NCBI RefSeq assembly: GCF_963921235.1
Contig: NC_086101.1
Location: 2,978,001 to 3,042,000 of the forward strand
Reading direction: 5' to 3'
Length of the DNA stretch: 64,000 nucleotides
Origin: Mobula hypostoma
Taxonomy: Eukaryota
The position numbers and the translations under genes are program-made. The notes under the pieces are model-generated. The model was not told where the DNA came from. It saw nothing but the letters and a program-made list of their open reading frames with translations, and searched no databases. Of the stretch, positions 23,638 through 37,300 are shown piece after piece (position 1 is the stretch's first letter; the number at the start of each line of letters is the position of its first letter).

Positions 23638-26600
23638 AGAAACATAGAAACATAGAAAATAGGTGCAGGAGTAGGCCATTCGGCCCTTCGAGCCTGCACC
23701 GCCATTTATTATGATCATGGCTGATCATCCAACTCAGAACCCAGCCTTCCCTCCATACCCCCTGACCCCTGTAGCCACAAGGGCCATATCTAACTTCCTT
23801 TTAAACATAGCTAATGAACTGGCCTCAACAGTTTGCTGTGGCAGAGAATTCCACAGATTCACCACTCTCTGTGTGAAGAAGTTCTTCCTAACCTCGGTCC
23901 TAAAAGGCTTCCCCTCTATCCTCAAACTGTGACCCCTCATTCTAGACCTCCCCAACATCGGGAACAATCTTCCCGCATCTAGCCTGTCCAATCCCTTTAG
24001 GATCTTATACGTTTCAATCAGATCCCCCCTCAATCTTCTAAATTCCAACAAGTACAAGCCCAGTTCATCCAGTCTTTCTTCATATGAAAGACCTGCCATC
24101 CCAGGAATCAATCTGGTGAACCTTCTTTGTACTCCCTCTATGGCAAGGATGTCTTTCCTCAGATTAGGGGACCAAAACTGCACACAATACTCCAGGTGTG
24201 GTCTCACCAAGGCCTTGTACAACTGCAGTAGTACCTCCCTGCTCCTGTACTCGAATCCTCTCGCTATAAATGCCAGCATACCGTTCGCCTTTTTCACCGC
24301 CTGCTGTACCTGCATGCCCACTTTCAATGACTGGTGTATAATGACACCCAGGTCTCGTTGCACCTCCCCTTTTCCTAATCGGCCACCATTCAGATAATAA
24401 TCTGTTTTCCTATTTTTGCCACCAAAGTGGATAACTTCACATTTATCCACATTAAATTGCATCTGCCATGAATTTGCCCACTCACCCAACCTATCCAAGT
24501 CACCCTGCATCCTCTTAGCATCCTCCTCACTGCTAACACTGCCACCCAGCTTCGTGTCATCCGCAAACTTGGAGATGCTGCATTTAATTCCCTCATCCAA
24601 GTCATTAATATATATTGTAAACAACTGGGGTCCCAGCACTGAGCCTTGCGGTACCCCACTAGTCACCGCCTGCCATTCTGAAAAGGTCCCGTTTATTCCC
24701 ACTCTTTGCTTCCTGTCTGCTAACCAATTCTCCACCCACACCAATACCTTACCCCCAATACCGTGTGCTTTAAGTTTGCACACTAATCTCCTGTGTGGGA
24801 CCTTGTCAAAAGCCTTTTGAAAATCCAAATATACCACATCCACTGGTTCTCCCCTATCCACTCTACTAGTTACATCCTCAAAAAATTCTATGAGATTCGT
24901 CAGACATGATTTTCCTTTCACAAATCCATGCTGACTTTGTCCGATCATTTCACCGCTTTCCAAATGTGCTGTTATCACATCCTTGATAACTGACTCCAGC
25001 AGTTTCCCCACCACCGACGTTAGGCTAACCGGCCTATAATTCCCCGGTTTCTCTCTCCCTCCTTTTTTAAAAAGTGGGGTTACATTAGCCACCCTCCAAT
25101 CCTCAGGAACTAGTCCAGAATCTAACGAGTTTTGAAAAATTATCACTAATGCATCCACTATTTCTTGGGCCACTTCCTTAAGCACTCTGGGATGCAGACC
25201 ATCTGGCCCTGGGGATTTATCTGCCTTCAATCCCTTCAATTTACCTAACACCACTTCCCTACTAACATGTATTTCGCTCAGTTCCTCCATCTCACTGGAC
25301 CCTCTGTCCCTTACTATTTCTGGAAGATTATTTATGTCCTCCTTAGTGAAGACAGAACCAAAGTAATTATTCAATTGGTCTGCCATGTCCTTGCTCCCCA
25401 TAATCAATTCACCTGTTTCTGTTTGCAGGGGACCTACATTTGTCTTTATCAGTCTTTTCCTTTTTACATATCTATAAAAGCTTTTACAGTCCGTTTTTAT
25501 GTTCTCTGCCAGTTTTCTCTCATAATCTTTTTTCCCCTTCCTAATTAAGCCCTTTGTCCTCCTCTGCTGAACTCTGAATTTCTCCCAGTCCTCAGGTGAG
25601 CCACTTTCTCTGGCTAATTTGTATGCTACTTCTTTGGAATTGATACTATCCCTAATTTCTCTTGTCAGCCACGGGTGCACTACCTTCCTTGATTTATTCT
25701 TTTGCCAAACTGGGATGAACAATTGTTGTAGTTCATCCATGCAACCTTTAAATGCCTACCATTGCATATCCACCGTCAATCCTTGAAGTGTCATTTGCCA
25801 GTCTATCTTAGCTAATTCACGTCTCATACCTTCAAAGTTACCCCTCTTTAAGTTCAGAACCTTTGTTTCTGAATTAACTACATCACTCTCCATGTTAATG
25901 AAGAATTCCACCATATTATGGTCACTCTTACCCAAGGGGCCTCTCACGACAAGATCGCTAATTAACCCTTCCTCATTGCTCAAAACCCAGTCCAGAATAG
26001 CCTGCTCTCTGGTCGGTTCCTCGACATGTTGGTTCAAAAAACCATCCCGCATACATTCCAAGAAATCCTCTTCCTCAGCACCTTTACCAATTTGGTTCAC
26101 CCAGTCTACATGTAGATTGAAGTCACCCATTATAACTGCTGTTCCTTTATTGCACACATTTCTAATTTCCTGTTTAATACCATCTCCGACCTCACTACTA
26201 CTGTTAGGTGGCCTGTACACAACTCCCACCAGCGTCTTCTGCCCCTTAGTGTTACGCAGCTCTACCCATATCGATTCCACATCTTCCCGGCTTATGTCGT
26301 TCCTTTCTATTGCGTTAATCTCTTTTTTAACCAGCAACGCCACCCCACCTCCCCTTCCTTCATGTCTATCCCTCCTGAATATTGAATATCCCTGAACGTT
26401 GAGCTCCCATCCCTGGTCACCCTGGAGCCATGTCTCTGTGATCCCAACTATATCATAATCATTAATAACAATCTGCACTTTCAATTCATCCACCTTATTA
26501 CGAATGCTCCTTGCATTGACACAGAAAGCCTTCAGGCGCTCTTTTACAACTCTCTTAGCCCTTTTTAATGCTTGCCCTGGATTTGTCGGCCTGCCACTTT

Positions 26601-27967
26601 TACTTTTCCCCTTTGTACTTTTTGCTTCTACGCTCACTTTACACCCCTCTGTCTCTCTGCACTGGTTCCCATCCCTCTGTTGTGAACTAACCTCCTCACA
26701 CCTAGCCGCTTTAATTTGATTCCCACCCCCCAACCATTCTAGTTTAAAGTCACCTCAGTAGCCCGCGCTAATCTCCCTGCCAGGATATTGGTCCCCCTAG
26801 GATTTAAGTGTAACCCGTCCTTTTTGTACAGGTCACACCTGCGCCAAAAGAGGTCCCAATGATCCAAAAACTTGAATCCCTGCCCCCTGCTCCAATCCCT
26901 CAGCCACACATTTATCCTCCACCTCATCGCATTCCTACTCTCACTGTCGCGTGGCACAGGCAGTAATCCCGAGATTACTACCTTTGCAGTCCTTTTTCTC
27001 AACTCCCTTCCTAGCTCCCTATATTCTTCTTTCAGGACCTCATCCCTTTTCCTACCTATGTCATTGGTACCTATATGTACCAGGACCTCTGGCTCTTCAC
27101 CCTCCCACTTCAGGATATCTTGGACACGATCAGAAATATCCCGGACCCTGGCACCAGGGAGGCAAACTACCATCCGAGTCTCTGGACTGCATCCACAGAA
27201 TCGCCTATCTGACCCCCTTACTATCGAGTCCCCTATCACAACTGCCCTCCTCTTCCTTGCCCTACCCTTCTGAGCTACAGGGCCAGACTCTGTGCCGGAG
27301 GCACGGCCACTGTTGCTTCCCCCGGGTAAGCTGTCCCCCCCAACAGTACTCAAACAGGAGTACCTGTTGTTAAGGGGCACAGCCGCCGGGGTACTCCCCA
27401 TCACCTGCCTTTTCCCCCTCCCCCTCCTAACCGTGACCCACTTGTCTGCCTCCCGTGGCCCCGGCGTGACCACCTGCCTTCCACTCCTCTCTATCACCTC
27501 CTCACTCTCCCTGACCAGATGAAGGTCATCGAGCTGCAGCTCCAGTTCCGTAACGCGGTCCCTTAGGAGCTGCATCTCGATGCACTTGGCGCAGATGTGG
27601 ACGTCCGGGAGGCTTGGAGACTCCAGGGCCTCCCACATCCGACACCGAGAACAGCAAACTGCCCTCACAGTCATAATGCCCCTCTCCTCAAATAGCAACA
27701 GAAAATGAATGTCAAACCTTCCTCGCCTCACCCGCTTCCGCCTAAGCCCGGTGAGCCGAAGCCCTTAAGTCTTCACTCTGCTCCCGGCTCACTCTGCTGC
27801 CCGCTCTGAGGCTTTGTTCCTTTTAAATCTGCCGCGCTGCACTGCCCAACGTCACACGCCTGCGCAGTCCCGCCTCTCTGAAAGCCGTTGGAGAAAAAAA
27901 ATAACGAAAATTTCAAAAATCTCTTTCTCGGCACTCCCACTCAGACTCTCAGACTCCTTCTTCGAAT
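23638..27967 (-). mobile_element. Full-length young CR1 LINE in gene B intron 1 (ORF1 Cys-rich/zipper + SGNH esterase; ORF2 APE-RT with one premature TAG at 25756-25758)
   Basis: 6-bp TSD CCTTGT (23632-37 / 27968-73) versus the empty site in genes A and C; ORF1 GDSI...GTND...DGLH; RT FADD; (TTTCTATG)n tail. Confidence 0.95.
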
Positions 27968-28296
27968 CCTTGTGAACAATTAACCTTCTAACCAGGACCT
28001 CTTTCCCCGGAGGAAACCCGGACGGTCCTGGGCAGAACCGATTAACTCCTTACAGACTGCGGTGGGACTTGAACCCGGCTCTCGGCGCTACGCGAACCAC
28101 TACACTGCCGCGGCTAGCGAGTTCCCAGCGGGGCTGCGGGTCCGTGAGGGACGCCGTCAATCCGCGGGAGAGGGAGCGCAGGGTGTCGGGGATAATGGTC
28201 ACTCACCGGTCTGCGGACACGCTCCGCTCACGGTCTCATCCTGTTTCACAGTAAACCAGTAGGCGGCCGGTATTGAAACAGGCGCGAATTCGGGAC

Positions 28297-28400
28297 ATGT
28301 TATTCAGCCAATGATCAGGGAAACGTGTCTGGGTGTATCCAATCACGACCCCGACATTCTCTACTGGTAATAGCAAAGTCCCGCCCCTGGGACGTTTCCG
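28297..28400 (-). promoter_or_regulatory. Putative gene B promoter: CCAAT at 28308 and 28339 (31-bp spacing), GC box about 28380
   Basis: CpG-rich, immediately upstream of the exon ending at 28207; conserved in the paralogous units. Confidence 0.6.
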
Positions 28401-29010
28401 CTCGGTGGTTAAGCCGCAGGACCCGGACCGAAAGTCGACTGTTCCCCTTCCCAGAGATGCTGCCTGGGCAACTTTGATGTGTGTTGTTTGAATTTCCAGC
28501 ATCTGCAGAATTGCTCATGTTTGTGTTCTGCAGCATGTTGTTATTAACGGAGAGGAGGACAGGGGAAACAGCGGCAGCGGTTCGGGCGGGTCCCGTAATG
28601 TCGGACGGAGAGAGAGGGGCGGAGAGGAGAGAGAGTGGGAGTGGGGTGGGGAAGGGAGGGAGAGGGAGAGGAGGAGGAGAAGAGGTGAAGGACAGAGGGA
28701 GAGGGAGGGGGATGGGGAGGGGAGAGTGGGGGAGGGAGGGGAGGAGGGGTGAGGGGGAAGGGGGAGAGTCGCGGAGTGGGGGAGTGGGGAGGGGAAGGGA
28801 GATTTATTTCAACTAAATATGTTTAATCAACAATGTACAGAAAACATACATTCAAACAAAAAGTAGATTAACATGGAGAATCATTAAACATGTACAATCA
28901 AGAATAAATAGTCAATATATTTACTCAAATATTACAGAAATATTAAATACACAACAGAATTATCTACACGGCACCATTTCGATCAGTTCACCAGTAGTTG
29001 CTACAGTCAG

Positions 29011-29460
29011 GAACTGCCCCAGACTGGGGAGCCCAGCATCTCAGTGACACCTCCCACACAGTGTGAGGCGCAGATGTCCTGTGATCAGGAGCTGGGTGGG
29101 AGGAGCCGCCAGATTCCAAGATCGGACCGTCAGAACCCTCATCCTCACTGGAACTCTCCTGGCCTTTGGTTTCTGGGTGGGCTTGACCTGTGAGAGAAAA
29201 TGTCATACATCACTTCCCAGTCAATGACGAGGTGGGGTAGTTATTCCCTCCCGAGCACCAGTGACGGAGCATGTTAATTACTGCTGCTGCATGCCGGTGA
29301 GTTTCACAGTAAACCCGGGAGGATTTGAGATTAAATATGTTGCCACCATGTGATTGATTGAAATTCAGCCACTGATCAGGGAAATAGGGCGGGGTGTAAT
29401 CTACAGTATCCAATTACGTCCCCGCTAGGCAATCGCTTTAAACGTCCCGCCCGTCTGGTG
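29011..29460 (-). pseudogene. Collapsed relic of a fourth gene unit (terminal exon region fused to a decayed promoter)
   Basis: 29011-29270 matches 29722-30040 and 18380-18510; 29302-29460 matches the exon 1 edge and promoter. Confidence 0.6.
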
Positions 29461-29479
29461 TATATGACCTTTTTAGGGC

Positions 29480-29721
29480 AAACACGAGGAATTCTGCAGA
29501 TGCTGGAAATTCAAGCAACACACAGGAAAGTTGCGGGTGAACGCAGCAGGCCAAGCAGCATTTCTAGGAAGAGGTACAGTCGACGTTTCAGGCTGAGACC
29601 CTTAGTCAGGACTAACTGAAGGAAGAGCTAGTAAGTGATTTGAAAGTGGGAGGGGGAGGGGGAGATCCGAAATGATAGGAGAAGACGGGGGGGGGGGAGG
29701 GATGGAGCCAAGAGCTGGACA
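29480..29721 (-). mobile_element. Penelope-like terminal repeat with degenerate hammerhead (29578-29613)
   Basis: Same sequence family as 15855-16915. Confidence 0.7.
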
Positions 29722-32487
29722 GAACTGCCCCACACTGGGGAGCCCAGCATCTCAGTGACACTTCCCACACAGTGTGAGGTGCAGACGTCCTGTGATCAGG
29801 GGCTGGCTGGGTGGGTGGGGGTCAGCAGCTGGAGGGAGGGACCCCCGTTCCAGTTCACACTGGGTCAGTGGAGCCTCGAGATTCCAAGATAGGACAGTCA
29901 GAACCCTCATCCGAACCCCCATCCTCATTGGAACTCTCCTGGGCCTTGGTTTCTGGGTGGGCTTGACCTGTAAGAGAAAACGTCACACGTCACTTCCCAG
30001 CCAGTGACGAGGTGGGGTAGTTATTCCCTCCCGAGCACCAGGGACGGGGCATCCATTCTCAGTCCCTGAAATACACCTGGTTTACCTGTGGACACGGGAC
30101 TGGTGTGGTACAGGAGGTACTTAGATATATCGAAGGATGAGTGTATCAATTACTAGTAATAATGAAGGATAAAGATAATAATTAGTTATAACAAAGATAA
30201 AGATAATAATAATAATGAGATATATTGGGCCTGTTTATTCCCCTCGTAGGTGCTCCCTGACCCTCTGAATCCTCCAGCATTGTGTGTGTGTTGTCCCAAC
30301 ATCGGGCTCACCTTACACCAGGGCTGGGATGGGATGAAAGGGAGCTGGACGGAGAGTGGGATGATAGTGAAGAGGATACTCACTGAGATTTCCTGAGCAG
30401 ATACAGACCCAAGATCAACACCACAACGACTGTAAAGCTGAGAATGATTCCCCAGTAATTTCTGGACTCTGGGGGACAGAAAGACAGACAGCATTAAACC
30501 TCAGTTCACTGATCCATTCCATGGTCAGAAACCCACAACCAGAACCTTTGTGTCTGGAAACTGGAACTCCCTCCTCCCCTCTCTCAGTCCAGCCCCTGTC
30601 CAGTCGGGTCCTGGGGCACGTTCTCGATTCCAAGCAGTCCCCACTTCACACCCTACTCTAGGAGATGATATGACTAGAACACAGGAGCAAAAGTAGGCCA
30701 TTCAGCGCATCAGGTCTGCTCTGCCATTCCACTGTGGCTGATTCATTGTCCCTCTCAATCCCATTCTCCTGCCTTCTCACTGTAACCTTTGACACCCTGA
30801 ATAACCAAGAACTGATAACCTCCGATTTAAATACACCCAATGACTTGGCCTCCACAGCCGTCTCAGGCAATGAATTTCACAGATTCTCCACCCTCTGGCT
30901 AATGAAATTCCTCATCTCTGTCCTAAATGGACACCCCCATATCCTGAGACTCCCCCAGTATTGGAAACACATCCACTGTGTCCCACTCACTGCTGGCTGG
31001 GTTGAAGTCGACAGAGACTGGGAGACTGATCTGCCGACTGCAGCAATCTTCAGCAATGCAGTTGTAGGTGTGGCCACTCAGCCCATCGTTCTGCAGGACC
31101 AGCAGGGCTCCATGGAAGGTGTCGTTCCCAACTGTCTGCCTTTCCCACCGATAGGTGATCTGTCCGCTTCCGAGAGCCGTGCAGTTCAGCGTGACGTGGG
31201 AGGCATCCCTGCTGATCTCCACTATTGGCTCAGACACCGGCTCTGCCAGGAGAGATTTCATTATGAATTAACATTAAATTCTTGAAAACATTCCCCTCAA
31301 CAAACACCCCACAACCAAATCCACTCCATCCCCATAGATTTTACCCGTCACCCACACACTGGGGAAAGATTCAGTCAGGTGCTGGTCGCGGTTCTTTAAC
31401 ATTGTTACAGCCGGGAGAGCGGGTAGTGAGGATACAAACTCCACAATTTATTAAATGCTCCCAATGGCGTGTCTCAAATAGCCTCTGACAACCAAGTCCA
31501 GCTCCTGACTCTCACGTACAGCTCAGCTATTAAACCCAGCAGGATCATTTCTGCTCACAGAAGGGCCAAAGGCCGGTTACTGTCACCTTCAAGCGGGTTG
31601 CTTTGGGCAGACGGGGCTCCTCAGCTGTGACTGGCAGCTCACGTCGGAGAAGGAAAACTCTGATCTCAAACCCACTCATGGGAAAGGCTTCAGGAGTAAA
31701 TCCCAAGGAGAAATCCGGAACCGGATTGTATCTTCAGTTCAACGCTGACTGGCAACTCCAGCGAGGCCGCGGGTGTCAGACTGTTTCAGTCTCTGCCGTG
31801 CCTTCGGATTCATCAGCTGATGGTGAGAGGGAGCCTGCGGCATGGACGACAGCTTGGTCTCCGTATTGTAATGGTGTGGCTGGTGTATTCATAGACAGCT
31901 GGTCGACCCCGATCAACAGAGGGACTCTGTCTCTCCCTCCTCTTCATGGGGTTGAGGGGAGGAAACTGGGACAACAATTGCAAGTGGGGACGGGGCAGTG
32001 GGAGCTCACACGTGCAAACTCCACACAGAGAACGCTCGAATCTCCAGAATCAAGTGGTAGGGACACTACAGGGCTGTGGGGATTGTCCACGTCCCAGGAG
32101 GATAAGAACATAGTTCCCTGAAAGTGGCTCCACAGGTAGACAGGGTGGTGAAGGAGACTTTCAGCGTGCTGGCCCATACGAGTCAGGGTATTGATTACAG
32201 GAGTGAGGGCCATCACGTCACCGTTGTACAAGATGTCGGTGAGGCCACACTTGGTGGTGTGGTTACCCTGTTAAAGGGAAGGTGTGGAAAAAATGCAGAG
32301 GAGATTGACAAGGATGTGAGCAACATGAACACACACACAAAATGCTGGAGGAGAACTCAGTAGGTCAGGCAGCATCCATGGAGTCGACATTCCAGGTCAA
32401 GACCTGCCTGGACAAGGAACAGGCTTATAGGGTGAGGATAGTCAGGCTCGGACATTATTCCCTGGATTACGGAGTGACTTTATATTG

Positions 32488-32775
32488 ATTTACTTCCCGT
32501 TACACCTGCTGGTGTTTCGGGCAGCAACGAAGGTCCTTCATCTCTGTCACTCAGATGTGGAAGGATTCTGCATTGCTGTTTCCGTAACAGTTTTATTTGG
32601 CGAGTGGGGTTGGTAGCCCCGAGCTGGACCCCTGAACCTGGAGGACCAGTGGTGCAGCTTTAGTCTGACCTCTACCCTTTGACTTGTTTGGCATGGAAAC
32701 CCAGACTCCAGCTCTCCAGGTCACAGAGGCACACAAGCTCCAGACAACAACAAAGCTGTGCTCCTCTTGGAGGAG
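32488..32775 (-). mobile_element. Short RTE-related non-autonomous repeat (truncated copy about 2483-2595)
   Basis: ggggttggtagccccgagctggacccctgaacctggaggaccag resembles RTE 5' UTR motifs; family assignment from recall only. Confidence 0.4.
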
Positions 32776-34311
32776 TAACCTTATAGAGGTGTATCAAATC
32801 AGGAGGGGCTTAGAATGAGGTCAGTCCTTCTCCCCCAGGGAAAAGAATCAGGAACTTCACACAAGATTTCAAGGATCCAGAGACAGGGAGGGGATTGGGC
32901 TGAGATCTGAGAGCTGAGAGATACAGCCTGCTGCTGGTCACAGTGAGAGGAGGGAAGGTCCAGGCAGTGACAGGGTCACCTGGGTGGTGTCTGGGTTCTG
33001 GAGATCAGAAAGTCTCGTGGCGGGGTCAAACAGTTGGGAAATGTGGGTACTGACCCGAAAACATGGCCATTGCTGGGACATGAGCACCTGAGGTGTAGGG
33101 AGAGGTTGAATAGTTTAGGGCTTTAGTCCTTGGATATGGGTTTGATTTCCATATTTAAGAGAAATTTTGGATGGTACATGGATGGGAGGGGTAAGGAGGG
33201 CTATGGTCCAGATATGGGTCGATGGAACTTGGGAGAATACAGTTCGACAGACTACATAGACCGAATATCTGCTTCTATGCTGTGGCAGTCTAGGATACTT
33301 TCATAATCCAGTACGGACTGAATGGGCTGAACAGCCTGTTTCTGTGCTCTTGTGCATTCTAAAACTACTACTCACTGACAACACGGATCTCAAACTGGTC
33401 ACGGTCACGGTTTCTCAGCTCCCTCCCAAAGTAGTTTGTCTGCACCTCGTACGTCCCCTGGTCACTCATCTTGATGCCTCGCATCTCGATAACACCATCT
33501 CTCCGGAAGTGAATCCGGTTCCTGTAGGACGGCCGGATCACGTACAGAGTCTCCGGTCGGTCTGACATCCAGGCCAAGATCTTCAGTTGGTTCGGGGATG
33601 TTTTCTCCAGAGTCACCTCGTACTTGTCCTCACTGGCATGGAGGATGGGGAAGTGGACGGATCCACCAACAGGGACGGTGGTGATTGAGTCCGGGGAGGC
33701 CACGGCCGCTCTGCACTGGACCACAGTGGGAAGGACTGGAATAAAACATGGAAAAGTTATCATCCTCACACCCGTTGCAGGGAGCAGACTACTTCTGTCG
33801 AAATTGGATGGACTTTGGTGTCACCAAATCTTCTGAAAAACTATTAAAGTATAGCCACTACTGTGGACATTAAGGTAAGATGGGATAAAGACAATGTCCA
33901 GTCAAGATTGGCCTGGAGCAGTTGTGGTCAACCCAGACCTCTGAAGTCAGAATGTGGAGCCACCCTTGCTTCCGGCAGATGGGACAGGGAAGGTTGATCA
34001 TGACCATGTGTAATCTACCTGGAGATGGTGAGTCTGGAGAAAAACCTTTTTTTCAGGAAAGGTCTTTGAAGAACTTTGGTTCCCTTTATACATCGGGGTT
34101 GCTGGAGACAGATGAGATAGGAATAACAGAAAGATGTGAAACACATTGAACAACTAAGGGACAATCGCTTTACCAACTTCAAAGTATCATCTGTTGCCAG
34201 CTTGCAGTTTCGATTCACTTTTAACACGTGTATTGTGAATGGCAATTGTTCTGCCAAGGCCAGAATTCAAAGACAGACATTTTACCAGATGGTCAATATT
34301 CGTAACTGATA

Positions 34312-37300
34312 TTCGTCTAAGTCTGATAAACATCGGCATGTTATTTTGCGATTTCATTACTTTCAAGATAAGAAGAAATTGCTTCGATTCGTCCGACCTA
34401 AAGGTTACATTGATTTTTTGGATCTTTATTTTCGAATTGTCGAGGACTTCAGTAAACAGATTCGGGATCGATGTGTCCGTTATAGATCTGTGATGTCGGA
34501 GCTCTACAAGATGGATTTAAAACCGGTGTTGCTGTACCCCGCGCGCTTAAGGATTCGCACGCCTGAGGGAACTTCCCGTTTTTTCGATTCTCCATCGGAT
34601 GCCCAGAGTTACCTGGATCAATTTTCACCTTCAACGCCTTAATCGCAATTTTTAATTTTCTCCGGTTGACCGGAAGCTGTTAATCTGTTGGGTTTAATTT
34701 TTTTTCGCTTTATACGACGGCAGGGTGAGGGTAGGAATAGGATGCTCTGGAGGAGGAACAAGTGGCTGAGGAACTGGTGTAGGGGGCAGGGTTTCAGATT
34801 TCAGGATCACTGGGACCTCTTCTGGGGCAGGTGGGACCTGTACAAGAGAGACGGGTTACACTTGAACTACAGGGGGACCAATATCCTTTCAGGGAGGTTT
34901 GTTAGTGCTACTGGGGAGGCTTTAAACTAGATTTGCAGGGGGATGTGAACCAGAGTGTCAGAGCTGACAGTGTGGCTGGGGTGAAAATAAATGATGTTAA
35001 AAGTTCAAGCAAATCCGCTGATAGAAAGGTTGTGAGTGGTGGTAAAAATCTTCTGAGGTGTATATATTTCAATGCTAGGAGTATTGTGGGGAAGGCGGAT
35101 GAGTTGAGGGCGTGGATTGACACGTGGAATTATGACGTTGTAGCAATTAGTGAAACTTGGCTACAGGAGGGGCAGGACTGGCAGCTTAATATTCCAGGGT
35201 TCCGATGTTTCAGATGTGATCGAGGCAGAGGAATGAAAGGTGGGGGAGTAGCATTGCTTGTTAGGGAAAATATTACAGCAGTGCTCAGGCAGGACAGATT
35301 AGAGGGCTTGTGTACTGAGTCCTTATGGGTGGAGCTGAGAAACAGGAAAGGTATGGCCACATTAGTGGGATTGTATTACAGACCACCCAATAGTCAACGA
35401 GACTTGGAAGAGCAAATCTGCAGAGAGATAGCAGGCAACTGCAGGAAACATAAAGTTGTGGTGGTAGGGGATTTTAATTTTCCATACATTGATTGGGACT
35501 CCCATACTGTTAGGGGTCTAGGGGTCTAGATGGTTTAGAGTTCGTAAAATGTTTTCAGGAAAGTTTTCTGAATCAATATATTGAGGGACCAACTAGAGGG
35601 GATGCAATATTGGATCTCCTGTTAGGAAACGAGTTAGGACAAGTGATGGAAGTCTGTGTAGGGGAGCACTTTGGTTCCAGTGATCATAACACCATTAGTT
35701 TCAATTTGATCATGGACAAGGATAGATCTGGTCCTAGGGTTGAGGTTCTGAACTGGGAGAAGGCCAAATTGGAAGAAATGAGAATGGATTGGGACAGGTT
35801 GTTCTCTGGCAAAGATGTGATTGGTAGGTGGGAAGCTTTCAAAGGGGAAATTCTGAGAGTGCAGAGTTTGTATGTTCCTCTCAGGATTAAAGGCAAATTG
35901 AATAGGAATAAGGAACCTTGGTTCTCAAGGGATATTGCAACTCTGATAAAGAAGAAGAGGGAGTTGTATGAAATGTATAGGAAACAGGGAGTAAATCAGA
36001 TGCTTGAGGAGTATAAGAAGTGCAAGAAAATACTTAAGAAAGTAATCAGGAGGGGTAAAAGAAGACATGAGGTTGCCTTGGCAGTCAAAGTGAAGGATAA
36101 TCCAAAGAGCTTTTACAGGTATACTAAGAGCAAAAGGATTGTAAGGGATAAAATTGGTCATCTTGAAGATCAGAGTGGTCGGCTATGTGCGGAACCAAAG
36201 GAAATGAGAGGGATCTTAAATAGGTTTTTTGCATCTGTATTTACTAAGGAAACTGGCATGAAGTCTATGGAATTGAGGGAATCAAGCAGTGAGATCATGG
36301 AAACTGTACAGATTGAAAAGGAGTTGGTGCTTGCTGTCTTGAGGAAAATTAAAGTGGATAAATCCCCGGGACCTGACAGAGTATTCCCTCGGACCTTGAA
36401 GGAGACTAGTGTTGAAATTGCGGGGGCCCTGGCAGAAATATTTAAAACGTCACTGTCAACGGGTGAGGTGCCGGAGGATTGGAGAGTGGCTCATGTTGTT
36501 CTGTTGTTTAAAAAAGGATCAAAAAGTAATCCGGGAAATTATAGGCCGGTGAGTTTAACGTCGGTAGTAGGTAAGTTATTGGAGGGAGTACTAAGAGACA
36601 GAATCTACAAGCATTTGGATAGACAGGGACTTATTAGGGAGAGTCAACATGGCTTTGTGCGTGGTAGGTCATGTTTGACCAATCTATTGGAGTTTTTCGA
36701 GGAGGTTACCAGGAAAGTGGATGAAGGGAAGGCAGTGGATATTGTCTACATGGATTTCAGTAAGGCCTTTGATAAGGTCCCGCATGGGAGGTTAGTTAGG
36801 AAAATTCAGTCGCTAGGTATACATGCCGAGGTGGTAAATTGGATTAGACATTGGCTCGATGGAAGAAGCCAGTGAGTGGTGGTAGAGAATTGCTTCTCTG
36901 AGTGGAGGCCTGTGACTAGTGGTGTGCCACAGGGATCAGTGCTGGGTCCATTGTTATTTGTCATCTGTATCAATGATCTGGATGATAATGTGGTAAATTG
37001 GATCAGCAAATTTGCTGATGATACAAAGATTGGAGGTGTAGTAGACAGTGAGGAAGGTTTTCAGAGCCTGCAGAGGGACTTGGATCAGCTGGAAAAATGG
37101 GCTGAAAAATGGCAGGTGGAGTTTAATACAGACAAGTGTGAGGTATTGCACGTTGGAAGGACAAACCAAGGTAGAACATACAGGGTTAATGGTAAGGCAC
37201 TGAGGAGTGCAGTAGAACAGAGGGATCTGGGAATACAGATACAAAATTCCCTAAAAGTGGCGTCACAAGTAGATAGGGTTGTAAAGAGAGCTTTTGGTAC

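Noticed and set aside
30186..30494. Second hydrophobic stretch (ISVSILFTIIPLSV) after the TM exon
   Set aside because: Out of frame with the Ig exons and interrupted by TAG in A and B; probably pyrimidine-rich intron, although an ancestral longer exon is not excluded.
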